64,000 nt of DNA, taken from assembly GCA_000708835.1 (NCBI GenBank), contig DF237012.1, forward strand, positions 190,013 to 254,012, read 5' to 3'. The translations under genes were made by a program, and so were the position numbers. This DNA comes from Klebsormidium nitens (lineage: Eukaryota > Plantae > Klebsormidiophyceae). Under the pieces are notes generated by a model. It was not told the origin of the DNA, made no database searches, and saw only the letters and a program-made list of their open reading frames with translations. How positions within the stretch are numbered: position 1 is the stretch's first letter; the number at the start of each line of letters is the position of its first letter. Below, piece after piece: positions 25,901 to 38,160 of the stretch.

Positions 25901-28900
25901 CATCACCATCTTTTTTCGCAGTTCAAACAGGTCATGTTCGACAGCCAACTCGAACCCCTCCCTGCGATCACCGTTGACGGCGCAGTGGGAGCTAACAGAG
26001 GGTTTGTCAGAAGAAAGGCCATGATTGTTGACGTCATGCTGTTCCGCAGTTGCTACTCTAAAAATCCACGCACTTCCGCTCACTTTCAGAAGCAAGCACT
26101 CACTCTGAACAGTCTCTCCTTTTCCCGCATTAGGACCAGAACATCTAAGTCCGAGGTGTTCTCCCCTCCCCGCAATCGTATCAACTCATTCTAGGCTCTC
26201 TTTCTTCGCTACATTTCGACCAAGCCATCTAACTTGGAAGCATCCCCCTCCCCGCAGTTGGACCAAATCATCTAACTTGAAAACATCCTCCTGTCCCCGC
26301 AGTTCGACCAGGTCATTTTCGACAGCCAAGTCGAGCCCCTGCCCAAGTGCACCGCTGACGCGCAGTGGGACGTGCGCCTCGCGGCCGCACTGCTGCGGGA
26401 GAAGAACAAGGGGCCCAAGTCGCCCTTCTTCTACTACATCCAGGCGCTGCCGGACGAGATCCTGGCTGCGGTGACTTTGGACGAGGAAGACCTGGAGAAG
26501 GTGAGAGCTTTCGGTTTTAGGGTTTTAGGGTTTTAGCCCGTCTTTTTGCCCGCTGACGCTTCTGTTTTGGGCTTTACTGTCCAGGTTTTGCAAATGATTT
26601 GGGAGAAGAACAACTTGAGCTGGGCTTCCATGCTACATGCAGGCATTATCTACGGGATACATGGTTGCGGTCATTCTGGACCAGGAATACTGGGAGAAGG
26701 TGGGAGAAGAAGAACTTGTTTTCGGTGTTGCGTCACGTTCAGTTCTGCGGAACTGTAGCGAAGGCCAAGGGGCCTTCCTCGCCCTTCTTCTACAAACAGG
26801 CGCGGCTCGACGAGATTCTAGCTTGTAACGCTGGACGAGGAAGATCTGGAGAAGGCTTGGCCTTGCTGTGCTTTGCTCAGGGTTGTTGTTTTTGACGTCC
26901 AGACGTGGTAATCCAGAACTCTGAAGAAGGAGTCCTCGATTCGACCTTTTTAACGAACTTTCGGGGCCTGCCAATTGAGATGCTGGCTGCCGTGACATTG
27001 GATGAGGAAGCTTTGGAGAAGGTGAGGGCTCTCAGAGTCTTGACACCTCAGGGTTTAATATTGCAGACATTTCGTAGAGATCCAGGGTTATATGCTTTGT
27101 CCGTCCGCCCTTTTCCCAATGCAAAGTCCCATTAGAAACCAACAACGATGACGGGCTCGATTCTCGACGTGGTTGAATGCGAAGCAGGCCGCCCCATGCT
27201 GTCAGCAAAAACTTCAACAGTCTTACGATTCCAGAAAAGCTGGCGGTGCACTCGCGATCTCAATCAGCGAATGGTAGCACACGCCACTCACGAGCCGCCA
27301 ATGGTGAAAGTCCCGGCGGACCCATCGTGCAAACGACTAGTTGGTTCCACTTGAATTCTGATCTCGGGTTGTGGCGCAGGTACAGGACAAGACGGACTGC
27401 GCCATACTAGCGGCACAGCCCCAGCAGGTTGGAACTTTGAAAACGTCAACCTGCGACATTCAACCCACGAGCTTCGCATAACCCAGTAACAACAAGGAAA
27501 AAGTGACCGAGTCTTATTTCGACGCAGGTGAAGTACGAGACGGGCCGCGCCAAGCTGGCGGCGCAGCGGCCGTGGATGGAGACGCTGTGGGTGCGCTGCC
27601 TGGCGGAAGCGCCGGAGCTGATCGCGCACGCAAACTGGCACGAGTTCCGGTGGGCCATCGCCGTCGTGCAGAGCCGCTCGTTCTCGCTGGTGCAGAAGCG
27701 AGCGGAAAACCAGGTGAGCGGAATGCTCAAGTGTAGGCAGGACACTGAGAACATCGTTGATTGCGTCAGGTCATGTTCCGAGGACACCTGAAAACGTCCG
27801 GGGGCCATGGGCGACTCGCGCCTGGGAAAAGAATGCTGTTGTTTTCTGCAGAATGGCAACTCGTACCTCCACCTTCTCCCCAAGGTATTTTTCAGTTCGA
27901 TCAGCCGTTTGCGTGAAACTTGTCGTCGACGACCAGATTGGCGTGCACGTTCTTGGCGCTGCCTTGCCTCGATTACAACTTCATGGAGCCTAGTCGAAGC
28001 GGTCAATACGCATCCAACCGGGAATCGACGGCTTGGGTTTTCTGGTAGTTCTGGTAACATCACGGAACGTGAGCAGAAGTGTCGCACNNNNNNNNNNNNN
28101 NNNNNNNCCGAAGCTTATGCCTGGCGAGAACTATTAGCCCACCGGAAGCCAAAAGCACTGACAACATCAGGAGCGACGCGGGCCCCGATAGTTCTCAACC
28201 CGTGGATAAAAGTCTTCGGATTGTGTGCGAGAGGTAAGTTCTGGTGCAAGGAGTATGCGACCAGAAGTGTTCCAATTGTTGAGTAAGTCCGTTTTTGGAT
28301 CGCGGTCGCACTAAGCCCACTGTTGTATGTAGCGACGACATAAACGACTTCAAATATAGCCCGTACAATGTAGTTTCATGAACGGCTCTGTTGCGCGGAT
28401 GGCTTATTTTGGAAAGTGTGGTCTTTTGCGGGTGTCTGCGGTACAAATACCCAAAGCAGCAACAGGCGACACACATCCCCCTCGATACAGCCTTTCAATA
28501 GAAGCAGTTGGAAACCGTTTTCGGGGCTTTGTGTAAGCACTGTGCATACTCCCGTCCACTGCTGCGGTTTTGCGAGGTTCCTCGTGACGGCAATGCTTAC
28601 GAAATTAATCGGAAGGTTTTGCCCCTTCTTCATTTCTAAAGGTTTGGTAGGTACTGAGGACTAAGTGTCGAGAGATACGTCACAGCGATCAAATCCCGTG
28701 ACGACCACTTTGTCTGACCAAATGAGTGCATTGCATCATTTAACGCACTCATTCCTGCCGCAGGCTTATTGGGAGACGTCGCCCGATGGGCGTTCGGTGT
28801 TCCTGAAAGCGGCGCGCAGCATTTCGGCCGGAGAGGAGCTCTGCGACTCATACGGAAAGAAGGGCAACGACGAGCTGCTCATAAGCTATGGCTTCATCAC

Positions 28901-29567
28901 CCGCGACAACGCGTACGAGTACGTGGCCCTGTTTGACACCGTGGAAGCTGCCATAGACTGGCTGTTCGAGGCGTTTCCATGTCGCTCCGGCCCGGGGGCC
29001 GAAGTGGTGTCAAGGCCGCCGGACTGTCGGGAGGAGGTGCTCGAAACGGTGCGGAAACGGTTGGAGGACGTACCGGTATCGCCCATCATCCAAGCGATGA
29101 AGGACGACCCGGCGACGGATTACTACGTGCACGACATCCCGCGCATGAGCTTGTTTGTGAACGGAACGGAAGACACGCGATTGACGGCGGCCTTTGAGGC
29201 TGCCTTTTCTCAAGCTTGCTTCCTTTGTGCCCGGGACACTCCCTCGGGGACCAGCGAAGTCGCTCAGAGTATCCAGAGTGCAGTAGACGAGGCAAAGGAG
29301 CTCGTTGCAAGGGCCTCGGGGATCGACGCATCAAGTCGGCTTGCGAGCCATACTGTCAACGGTAGGACTGATTTGGCGGTTAAGCTGCGTGTTTTGGAGC
29401 TTTTGAAACCTCTCGGCATTAGCTTTGGCGATGAGGCTACGAGTACGTGGCGGAGACCGACCCGCCGCGAGCTGGCTGGGTTGCCGTGGAAAGAGCAGGT
29501 ACTCAAGGAATACAACGACAGCAAGATAAAGTTGCTGCTAGCAAGACTCGATTCAGTCAGCCTGTAA
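22921..29567 (+). CDS. SET-domain lysine methyltransferase, Rubisco LSMT/SETD3-like, with N-terminal hydrophobic helix
   Basis: Exons 22921-23035, 23714-23919, 24783-24935, 26303-26500, 27528-27713, an unresolved exon near the N gap at 28088, and 28764-29567. Motifs: MLQWMEAGG..RGVAATHDI..ETILEIP; RLAAALLREKNKGPKSPFFYYIQALP; FRWAIAVVQSRSF; AARSISAGEELCDSYGKKGNDELLISYGF. The exon carrying the NH motif was not found. Confidence 0.85.
24200..24782 (+). repeat. Tandem ~163-bp intronic repeat, each unit carrying the acceptor and first ~30 nt of SET exon 3
   Basis: gcag|(a/g)tgctg(c/a)agtg.atggaggccgg starts at 24295, 24458 and 24621; the true exon starts at 24783. Periods are 163, 163 and 162. 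Confidence 0.92.
25180..26302 (+). repeat. Irregular array of about 8 or more decayed copies of the SET exon 4 acceptor (cgcag|ttcgaccag.tc.t.ttcgacagc)
   Basis: Copies near 25185, 25310, 25645, 25757, 25807, 25860, 25918 and 26255. An intronic cacgcacttccg...agaagcaagcact motif also recurs at ~25587 and ~26069. Confidence 0.85.
26515..26536 (+). repeat. Interstitial telomere-type repeat (TTTTAGGG)2 TTTTAG
   Basis: ttttagggttttagggttttag lies 14 nt downstream of the exon 4 donor. TTTTAGGG is a telomere type reported for Klebsormidiales and Chlamydomonas. Confidence 0.7.
26640..27030 (+). repeat. Three decayed copies of the 3' end and donor of SET exon 4
   Basis: gagatcctggctgcggtgactttggacgaggaagacctggagaag|gtgag (26456-26505) is echoed at ~26655-26705, ~26812-26856 (preceded by a copy of 26390-26455) and 26978-27027. 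Confidence 0.85.
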
Positions 29568-30657
29568 CTCTCCTGAGGTTCCATTTTGTCTTGACTAACA
29601 TCCTTCAAATTTGCTCAGACTCGCACTGCGAGTGGTGTTCCGAAGCCATTGATTTTCTTATGTGCACTGATACGTACCAAATGATGCCGACAAGATTCAG
29701 TGACTGCTTCGGAGTTATTAATCATCCAAGCTGCCAATCATGGCATATAAGTTGGCGGCTCATTCAATTGTGATTCCAGGCTTGCCTGCAAACATGCAAG
29801 CGCCTCGTCGAGCTAACGCAGCTCGGGAACCGGACAGGGCCTTCATAGCCTCATGAGTGTGCCAATACAAAAACATTGATTTAGTACATGCATATTACAC
29901 TACACTGCCTGGCATGATGCTTGCTGCCGTGCGGTATACGCCAAACTGGCACGGCCGGTGCCGCGGAGCATGCGGAAATAACACATAGGGCCTCATGCAT
30001 GGCCGCCATGGGTATTAAACTGCATGCAGCGCCGCGCTGACTTCCCGAGGGACATATGCCCCTAACTTGGCAATGAGGCCTTCGTTGTGTGCGCTAGCTC
30101 GCTCCGTGCGGCCGCCGTGCACAAAATGCAGTCAGTTATCTGCCAAACGTACTCCCCGCTTAGTACACAATTGCGTTTCAGACACCAGCTTAATGCGAAA
30201 CTTACCCTATGTAAAGGCAATTAGTGACTCCTATTCACCTACAGCAAGGATCCATGTCCGGTTAAGAGGGCCGGGCCGGCATTACCTAGCTTGTGATTGT
30301 GTGTTTTCGGACTGCTGTCCAACTTATAGATCGGAGACTGACCTGGACTCTTTCCTGCCAGCCTACCCGCAAGCTTTCTATGTACAAACCATTGCTACCG
30401 GGTGGCCCTTCAATCTGCACAAGCCTCGTCTCCATCCTCTTCCCTCACTCATGTTTGCACATCGCACACTTCACTGTACATGTAAACCCTTGTCCTTTTG
30501 ATATTATGTACAGCACAGTTGAAGGCACGCTCATTTGATAGACTAAGAGCAGCGTAAAAGGTGTTGACTTAGGTGGCGCATGGTAGACCCAATACGTTCC
30601 ATACTCCAGACCCGCACCCGTCAGAACCCTTGCCGCACTTTTTTTCCTGAACCTAGC

Positions 30658-33600
30658 TCACAACCTAACGGAGATCGGCGTTAGGGAATGCGATCCCACT
30701 CCGGTAGATAAGTATACCGCCCGGGACGCCTCCCCGTGCCCGAAGAAGCACCGCCGCTCCCCAAAGTGGCACCCGGGGCCTATTCCCCGGTCGCTCTTGT
30801 CAAAGTACTGCAAGCAGAAGCTCTCCTCCTTGCTGGCGTGTGAGTACTCACAAAAGAGATCGGTACATCCCTCCGGGTCCTGTGCGTAAGCCGCGCACAA
30901 CTTCACGGGTGCCCGGTTAGGTGATAGAACCGCCCGCATGCGCTCCTGGGGGATCCGGTAGACCGAGGTTTGGCGACCGATATGAGGAGCGCGCGCGTCG
31001 CGCGGGACGTCGCGTCCATTGGAGAAGTCGGAGAAGGCGGGGCGAGGTCTGGCTTCGGTGCCTGGTACAAAGAAGCACAAGGGCTCACTAAATGGTGGCG
31101 GCTTTGCTTGAAGCGCGCATGCGCCAAGCTCAATCGTTGTTTTCGCGCTCAACAGGGCCCTTTAGAATCCGCAAGGTCCAACTTCGCCATACATTGAAGT
31201 GTCAGCGCAGCCTCTAAAATTCCTGAACGACTATAACTTGACGTCCCCAAGTCGTCCGGACTGTCAACGAAACGCCAATAGCAGACCGCAACGTCTTCCT
31301 GAAGCAACCCTTGAGAAGTGCCCCCTGTGTCAAGCGCCTTGTCCAAAAACACCACTTTCTGTACTTGTATGTTACGAAGCCCNNNNNNNNNNNNNNNNNN
31401 NNNNNNNNNNNNNNNNNNNNNNNNNNNNNNNNNNNNNNNNNTGCTTCCGCCGCCCACATAGTCCGCCGGCGGCACACCGACCGGAGTGTTCAGCCCGGGA
31501 GAGCCATATCCAAGCCCCTGTTGGTCATCTTCCAGCCCCGCACCTCCAGGAAACTGCGCTCCAACCATGTGCCCGGTGCTTTTCCCCGGGCTTGCGGCTG
31601 CCGCCCTCTCCCGCCAAGCATTCAGCCACTGCTTACGAGCTTCGCCAATGGGCCTGTTCGCCGGATCATCCAGAGGGAAGCTCGCGGGGGGCGTGACAGA
31701 GTAAGCGGAAAACGACTGCTAGAAGCGGGCCGATTCCCACCAGACGAGTCCTTGCTCATTCCCCCAGTGACCGCTACTGGTGTACATGCGCCATCTGATT
31801 TGAGGCCGCCCGTGGGCCCTATTTTTCCGGCTGCGTTCACAGGCTTTTGAGGAGTTTTGGCGGAGCTTCCGACGTCGACCTTCTGATCGGCCCCGACCGC
31901 GCTCTCGTTCTCCAGCAAGCGCTTCTGCTCCGCTGAGCTGGTCCGTACCACGGAGACCTTCCGTTCTGCGGCGCGCCCTCCTTCCGCCGAGCTTTTCCGT
32001 TCTTCCGATTCCGCTCTAAGCGCGATTGGCTCCGCAAGCGGAACGCAAGGCGGACGATCCTCCGGGACTGATTTTGCCGACTCTCTTTTCTCTCTGGTCG
32101 CATCTCCCGGTTCGGAAGACGCGGCCGGTGGGCGCGCCCCAAACCCTGCCAGCATCTCCATCAAAGGTTTCTCTAACGTCACGCCTTCTGTTTTGGGTGC
32201 GCCAACCCCAGACTCGGGGCGTCCCATCTCCGTCTTTCCCTGCTCGGACATCCGTTCCGCCGGAGTCTCCTGGAGGCGCGCCGGATCGCCCTCCACTACA
32301 CTCTCATGGCTCTCGTCCTCTTTCCCCGGTTGCCTCACTTCGGGCGGTGCTTCAGTCGGCCGCTCTTCTGCAGAACCGGTCGGTTCAGCGGCCCCGGTAG
32401 CAGCAGGCTCATCAAACGGTTTGGCCTCAAGATCCGTTTTTTCGACATTGAACATTTCGTCATTCTCTTCAAAATCTGCCGTGACTGACTGCCACGCTGC
32501 ACTCTCCGAGCCACCGCTTTCTCTTTCATTCGCGCCGGCTTCCGACCGCTTTTGGCGTTTCATTGGGCAAATGTCCCCTTCCCCTGGCCCCACCAGTCCT
32601 CCTCCTTCGCCTTCTGCCTTCCTCTTCATGCCCGCTTCTACGTTCTCAATTGAACCAGTCGGCGTCAAACTTCTGGGCAGCTCCGTTTCCGGCCCTCTCC
32701 CGTTCCTGTTGCCGGTTCCGGTTTCGGCTCCGTTTCCGCTTTCATTTACGTTTTCGACCATTTTCGTCTCTACAGTCGCCTCTACACGGCCCTCTTCAAT
32801 CGGCGTCGACTGCTCGGTATGAACTACCGCCCCCCTGACGGATTCCGCTTCCGCTGGCGGAGTCTGCACGACCTTGTTGCGCACCCGGAGGATGGCTTTC
32901 ACCAGGGCTTCGCTCGCGGTCTTGGGAGGCGGATTACTTGCGGGCGTCGGTTGCGCGGCCGCGGCGGAGGGCGCAATTTCCGCCGGTTGAACTCCAGGTT
33001 GACTGCATCGGATCGGAGCAAAGGCCGTTCAGGCGAAGCTTCGATGGAGTTTCCAGCGACCGATCAAGCACTGGGCTCCTGGAGGGATAAGTCATGGCCA
33101 GAAGAACAAGGAGAAGGCTCGCACCGGGGCTGGATGAAGGTATGCTTTGAGTATGTTGATGCCGCTTGTTTGCAGCCAGACACGATGAATCCAAAATCCG
33201 CCTCCAAAGCGAAGAAATTCTTCGAAAAAGGAACAGAGCTGACGTTGACTTCTGGTCGACCATGCAACAGATGCAAGGGCTGAAACACGGTACAAAGAGA
33301 AGTCGCTCTAAGATTGCGTCCTCAAAACAAGCTCTCCATACACACCGCTGACGACTAGTTTGTAATGCGTGTATTTGCAAGATGAGAGGAACCTTCTCTG
33401 CAAACCCCTCTTAATCGCAGAAGAAGCAAAGCTACTCTGCATTTGTGATGGAATATAGCCAATTATTGAACTTGAGGTCACGGTGCACAAAAACTCTCCC
33501 TCACCTTAAGACGACGTCAGCACTCCCCACGTCCATGACGTCCACTTCGGCCGCCTTGACGTTTGCTCGGTCCGCACTTTCGTTCCCGGTTAGACTTACG

Positions 33601-35717
33601 GCCCCTGTCGGGAAGAAATCACGTGAGGGTACTCCCGGCTCCTTCGTTATCTTGTCCCGCATATTCGGGGGCCATTGCGGTGTCCTTCAGCTTTGGCTCC
33701 CCCTCGCTTTCTTCCCCGCTTCTCCCGTCCGCTCCTCCCTGGACAAGACCACCGGTCGATGCCCCCGGCTCCTGGAAGCTGGGTACCTTTGACTTTTCCC
33801 CTGGCGGCTCCTTCCCGACCTCATGCGTCCTCTCAAGTCCTCCCGGCAAACCCTCTGGAGGTCCTTCAGGGCCTTCTTCTGCGAAGTTACACTCTAGTCC
33901 TTCTCCGCCTGTTTCGCCAACCGGCCTCGCCACAGTGACCCCGCCGCCCACCAACGAGCTGACGAGCGGCGGCGCGGCCGCGGCTGACGTCATCTTCGCG
34001 GCCTCCTCCTCCTGGTGCAGCCGTTCGGCCTCCTCCCACCCCCATTGCGTCAGGCTGACGTCAGCAGGGACGTCCTTTCCCTCGGGATCGGCCTTGGTGT
34101 GAATGATGAAGAACAGGGGGTGCTGGCGCGCTCTCACGGACGGCCTAGGATGTTTCCCCCACACGGTTAGGCCACTGGAGCGCAGTCTCTGCCCAGCAGC
34201 GGAGAGAGGAACGGGGGCCCTGTTGGGGCCTCCCTGCGCATGCACGGCCCGCAAGAGGGCGTTCATCACGGCGCGCTCCTCTTGGAACAGGGCCTGCCGG
34301 GAAAACGGCGGATACTTCTGCCGAGGCTTGGAATCCGCTGCTTCTGTTAAAGATTGCGGAGCGGAACTCGGGACCTCGTCTTCGCGGGAGGGCTCTGAAT
34401 CGCTGCTTTTGGCCGGGTCCGTTCCGTCGGGAGACGGCTCCGGTGCAAAGGTCGCCGGTAGATTGCTCAGGGAAAGAACAGAGGTTGGGGGAACGATCTG
34501 GGCGCCTGCTGCGACTGCTTCTCTCCCTGCACGGTCGCCCTTTCCCCCACTCCCCGCTGGCACACTGTTCCGTTCCACTTCTGTTGCGACTGCGGCGGGC
34601 GCAACAGATTTATCCAGCTCTCCCGTCCCTTCCGCTGCGGCCGGTTCGTCAGTGGCGCGCGCTCCCACGCCCGCGCCCGAGTCCGCAGCTTTTGAGCGCT
34701 TCTTCGGATGTGGCTCCTCACCCCACAGCTCCGCTGCTGTCCTCTTGATACGTGTTGGACGCTCATTCGCCCCCGGCCTGGCTCCCAAAACCCCCAGCCC
34801 GGCTTGGAGCGCCTCTTGAGCGCTCTTGTAAAAGTCTATCAGCGTTTCTTGGGGGGTCACCAGCACCCCTTCAGACCTGCCCCCCCCCAAGGACTCTTTC
34901 AGGCCGAAGGGTTCGGAGAAAGGGGAAGTGTTTGGCGGGTAGTCGCAGACGAAAGGCGGGCTTGATGCGACTGCGGGAGTAAAGACTGTTGTTTGCGGCG
35001 CAGGGGCACTGGGCGTTGCTGTCTCTGATGCAGTCACTAGCCATCTGCAGAAAGGGAACGTAGATGAGGAAGGTGAGGCAAATCAAAGAGGAAGGTCACC
35101 GGTTGCAAGCAACGGCCCTGATGCGAACGCGACTCGAATTTACACGTAAGTGCTACAATCGCTGCGAAGCGAGTACGAGAGACAATCTAAACGGAGGGGA
35201 CTGTAAGCGAGCAAGATCGTTCGGCCCCTTCACAAAGATGCTAGAGGTCCGTTCAAGCAGACACAGCGACTTTACGGCTTTGCGAGTAGAACTGTCGGAA
35301 AGCTCGTTGTTACTTCTCAGGGACTAAAAAAAAATCCAGCTTCGTAACGGACCTGTTCCCGGAAGGACTCCACCTCTCTGTAGCAGAATCCACCTGCCCA
35401 CAGCCTCCTCCTGTTCCGCCACGTGTCAACCCGCCGTTTCCTGGGGCACCCTTGTCCCGGTCCCCTGCCCCCTCGACTGAAAGCGTCTGCGAAGGAACGG
35501 CCGTCGTTCCGAAAGCCGAGGTCTTGCTCACTTGAGGAGAGCCAAGCTGCCCCCAGGATACAGCTGGGAAGCTCTTCTTCGGACCCAGGGGCGCGTCTAC
35601 CGGGTTACTCGGGGGGAGGTTTGGTACCGGGGCGCTGACGAAGGGCGATTGCACGGGAGTATTCGTTGGGAACGGAGGGGCTGCGGGCGCGCTCTGGACT
35701 CGTTGGTTGGCCAGTGT
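30658..35717 (-). CDS. Large, mostly disordered acidic/Pro-rich protein with a central small folded domain and two C-terminal CCCH-type zinc fingers
   Basis: Long ORFs 35310-35780, 33619-35037, 31622-~33003, 31149-31568 and 30658-31152 lie on one strand with AG acceptors. The C-terminus has CAAYAQDPEGCTDLFCEYSH and CLQYFDKSDRGIGPGCHFGERRCFFGH. Exact exon boundaries are only partly resolved. Confidence 0.65.
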
Positions 35718-36497
35718 GCTGCAGAGTATCCGGAAGACATAAGCGAAAGGCCAACAGCGGCCTAGCAAAATTCTTATCATGAAGCAGAAGAAAAGCTGTA
35801 AATATCGTTCAGGTTCTGAAGATTGAATCCCTCTTTAAGAGAACGAGGTGATCCTCATTGCAGTACAGATGTAAGCCGTTACGAGTCTTTGAAGATTAAA
35901 CGTATCAAGCGAACCATGACAGCTGCCAGAAACCCTGATTCATAGAGTTCTTCTTTAGTTGGTAAAGGGTTCGGACGCTGCCGGAGCGACTTGCTGCAGA
36001 TTATGACAGTCCTGGCCCCCCCTCGGTTCCCAATGTTGGTGGTCACAAAATCCTGAAAGGCTAAATGAGAAACAGACAACCATCGAACGGCTTACATTTT
36101 GTAACCATTGGAGACCTATCCTGCTTCAGATTTCCAGTCTTCTAAACGTGCAGGTTGTAGGATGTGACACGGACGTGGTCCAGAGCAAGCCCTACCTCAG
36201 AGTTGTCATACTTCAAAGTCAAAANNNNNNNNNNNNNNNNNNNNNNNNNNNNNNNNNNNNNNNNNNNNNNNNNNNNNNNNNNNNNNNNNNNNNNNNNNNN
36301 NNNNNNNNNNNNNNNNNNNNNNNNNNNNNNNNNNNNNNNNNNNNNNNNNNNNNNNNNNNNNNNNNNNNNNNNNNNNNNNNNNNNNNNNNNNNNNNNNNNN
36401 NNNNNNNNNNNNNNNNNNNNNNNNNNNNNNNNNNNNNNNNNNNNNNNNNNNNNNNNNNNNNNNNNNNNNNNNNNNNNNNNNNNNNNNNNNNNNNNNN

Positions 36498-37919
36498 AGG
36501 GGTAGACGGGTGACTTGGCTCTCCCCTCACCCCGCCGGGGCGCCTTGAATGCGCATTCCCTTTGAGCACCGGGACTGCCCGACAGAAGCCCATGAGCGGA
36601 GATGCCCTGCGGATCAATACCGCGCGCCGGTGCGGATATTCTTTCGTCGAGCCTCCTCTGATGTGCTTGCGCTCCAAAGATCCCGTTTAGCACATCTTCA
36701 TACCAGGCTTCGTTCGAGCCCAGCAATTCGCCCAACCAGGGCCGTAAGATCTGCCCCTGTTCGTCTTTCCGGACTGTCAAAAGCACCGCCAGGAAAGCCG
36801 CCTGCATTGCATCAGAGTGCGGGTAGGGGAAGTTTTCTAGGGTAGAGCGCATACTTTTGGGGGACCCATAACCTGAGAAGCTGCGCCCGGGTGTCTGCTC
36901 CGACCACCAGATCTCTACCGGCGATTGCCCTCATGACTGGGAGAAAGAGTTGCTCTGCGACGTACCGGTGGAAGATGTGCCACTTATAGAGGTCTTGGCC
37001 AAGCGTAGAAGGAAGTGACGCTGTTAGACAAAGCACGTCAAGCATGAAGTCGGCTTCCCCAGCTGGGCAACGCAAGGAAAAGATCCAGGATAGGCTGCTC
37101 NNNNNNNNNNNNNNNNNNNNACAGCTTGTCAACCAAGCTCGACGGCTTAATCTCATTCAGGACTGCAAAGAGGGCTTGCTCTTGACTCTGAGACCAGGGG
37201 ATGCTCTTTAGAAAACGCACCGCAGAAGAGAAGACTGAGTTAAGCTCTAGCCGTTGAGCAGGTTTGAGGCATTGGAGGGCTTCCTCAAAACTTGAGAAGC
37301 TATGAACCGGGGACTTTTGGACATTCCCTGGAGCCTTATGGTACAGCTTTTGGAGTGCCATGGAACAATCCTGGGGGCTCCCACAATCCCCAAGCTGTTC
37401 ATCCAAGATGTAAGATGATCTTCCACTTGTGTCATCCAACCATGCACGCCCCGACTTCTTGTCACTTTTGGCTAGCATTCTCGCAAACCAGGGGCTGCTG
37501 GTGGAAAGAAGGTCCTGGTGAAGATGAAGCTCTAGCGGCCTGCTCCTAGTGGCATTGGCTCCGCCAATTTGCTGTGCCTGATTCTGCAAAGTGAGGACGA
37601 TGTCGCTGCTTGAAGGATCGTTGAAGACAGGTTTCCCAATCAAAGCAGCGCTGCTGGCGCATGCTTTTGTCTGCGGCACCAATTGGGACGGGCTCTCCAT
37701 GTCGTTGTCTGCATGCTTCCATGCTTCTTCAAAATCCAAGTGCACCTTCATCTGCAGCCCTGGCATGTAAGATTCAAAGTGGCACCCAAAGGCGCTCACA
37801 CCTGGAATTGAACCCGCTTGAGCGCTTTCCAATTTCGGAAAGCTTGGAACTTGATCGAACTTGAAGTAGAAGCTACATGTAGTCTGCATGGGACAATTGT
37901 GCGATCGAGTCGTATGCAT
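36498..37919 (-). CDS. BTB/POZ-domain protein (plant At3g50780/At1g63850-like); one apparent frameshift; may continue into the CCCH gene
   Basis: FNDPSSSDIVLTL..LHLHQDLLSTSSPWFARML (BTB), then AVRFLKSIPWSQSQE and RAQLLRLWVP...AAFLAVLLTVRKDEQGQILRPWL. The frame shifts at the G5 run 36859-36863; removing 1 nt gives WVPKSMRSTLENF. Interrupted by N gaps. Confidence 0.75.
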
Positions 37920-38160
37920 TGCGACCGGCCATGCAGCTAAGTTCAACCTCGAGCAGGCTTTGAAGCCCGCGGCGCCGGGTGTCGCATAGCAAAACCCTTC
38001 GAAAAACCCGGAGTTCGAGGCCGTTAGCGCGGCCGCCGCGCAATATCAGCGGCCGCATGACTCGATCGAAGCGCAAAGCACTTGAACTCTCCTTCGAAGT
38101 TTTAGTCACTATTCGACAGTCAACGCTTCCGTTTGTTCAGCTTCGCTCTCCTTTGACATC

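Noticed and set aside
25550-26194. 214-aa ORF in the SET intron
   Set aside because: Ser-rich translation of the echo repeat array with no domain or supporting splice context.
24200-26300. Regularly spaced repeats resembling a CRISPR array
   Set aside because: Eukaryotic context, no unique equal-length spacers and no cas genes; the units are copies of the neighbouring splice junction.
35872-36099. 12-bp inverted repeat atgtaagccgtt / aacggcttacat suggesting a MITE
   Set aside because: No target-site duplication seen, the interval overlaps a plausible coding exon, and there is no second copy in the window.
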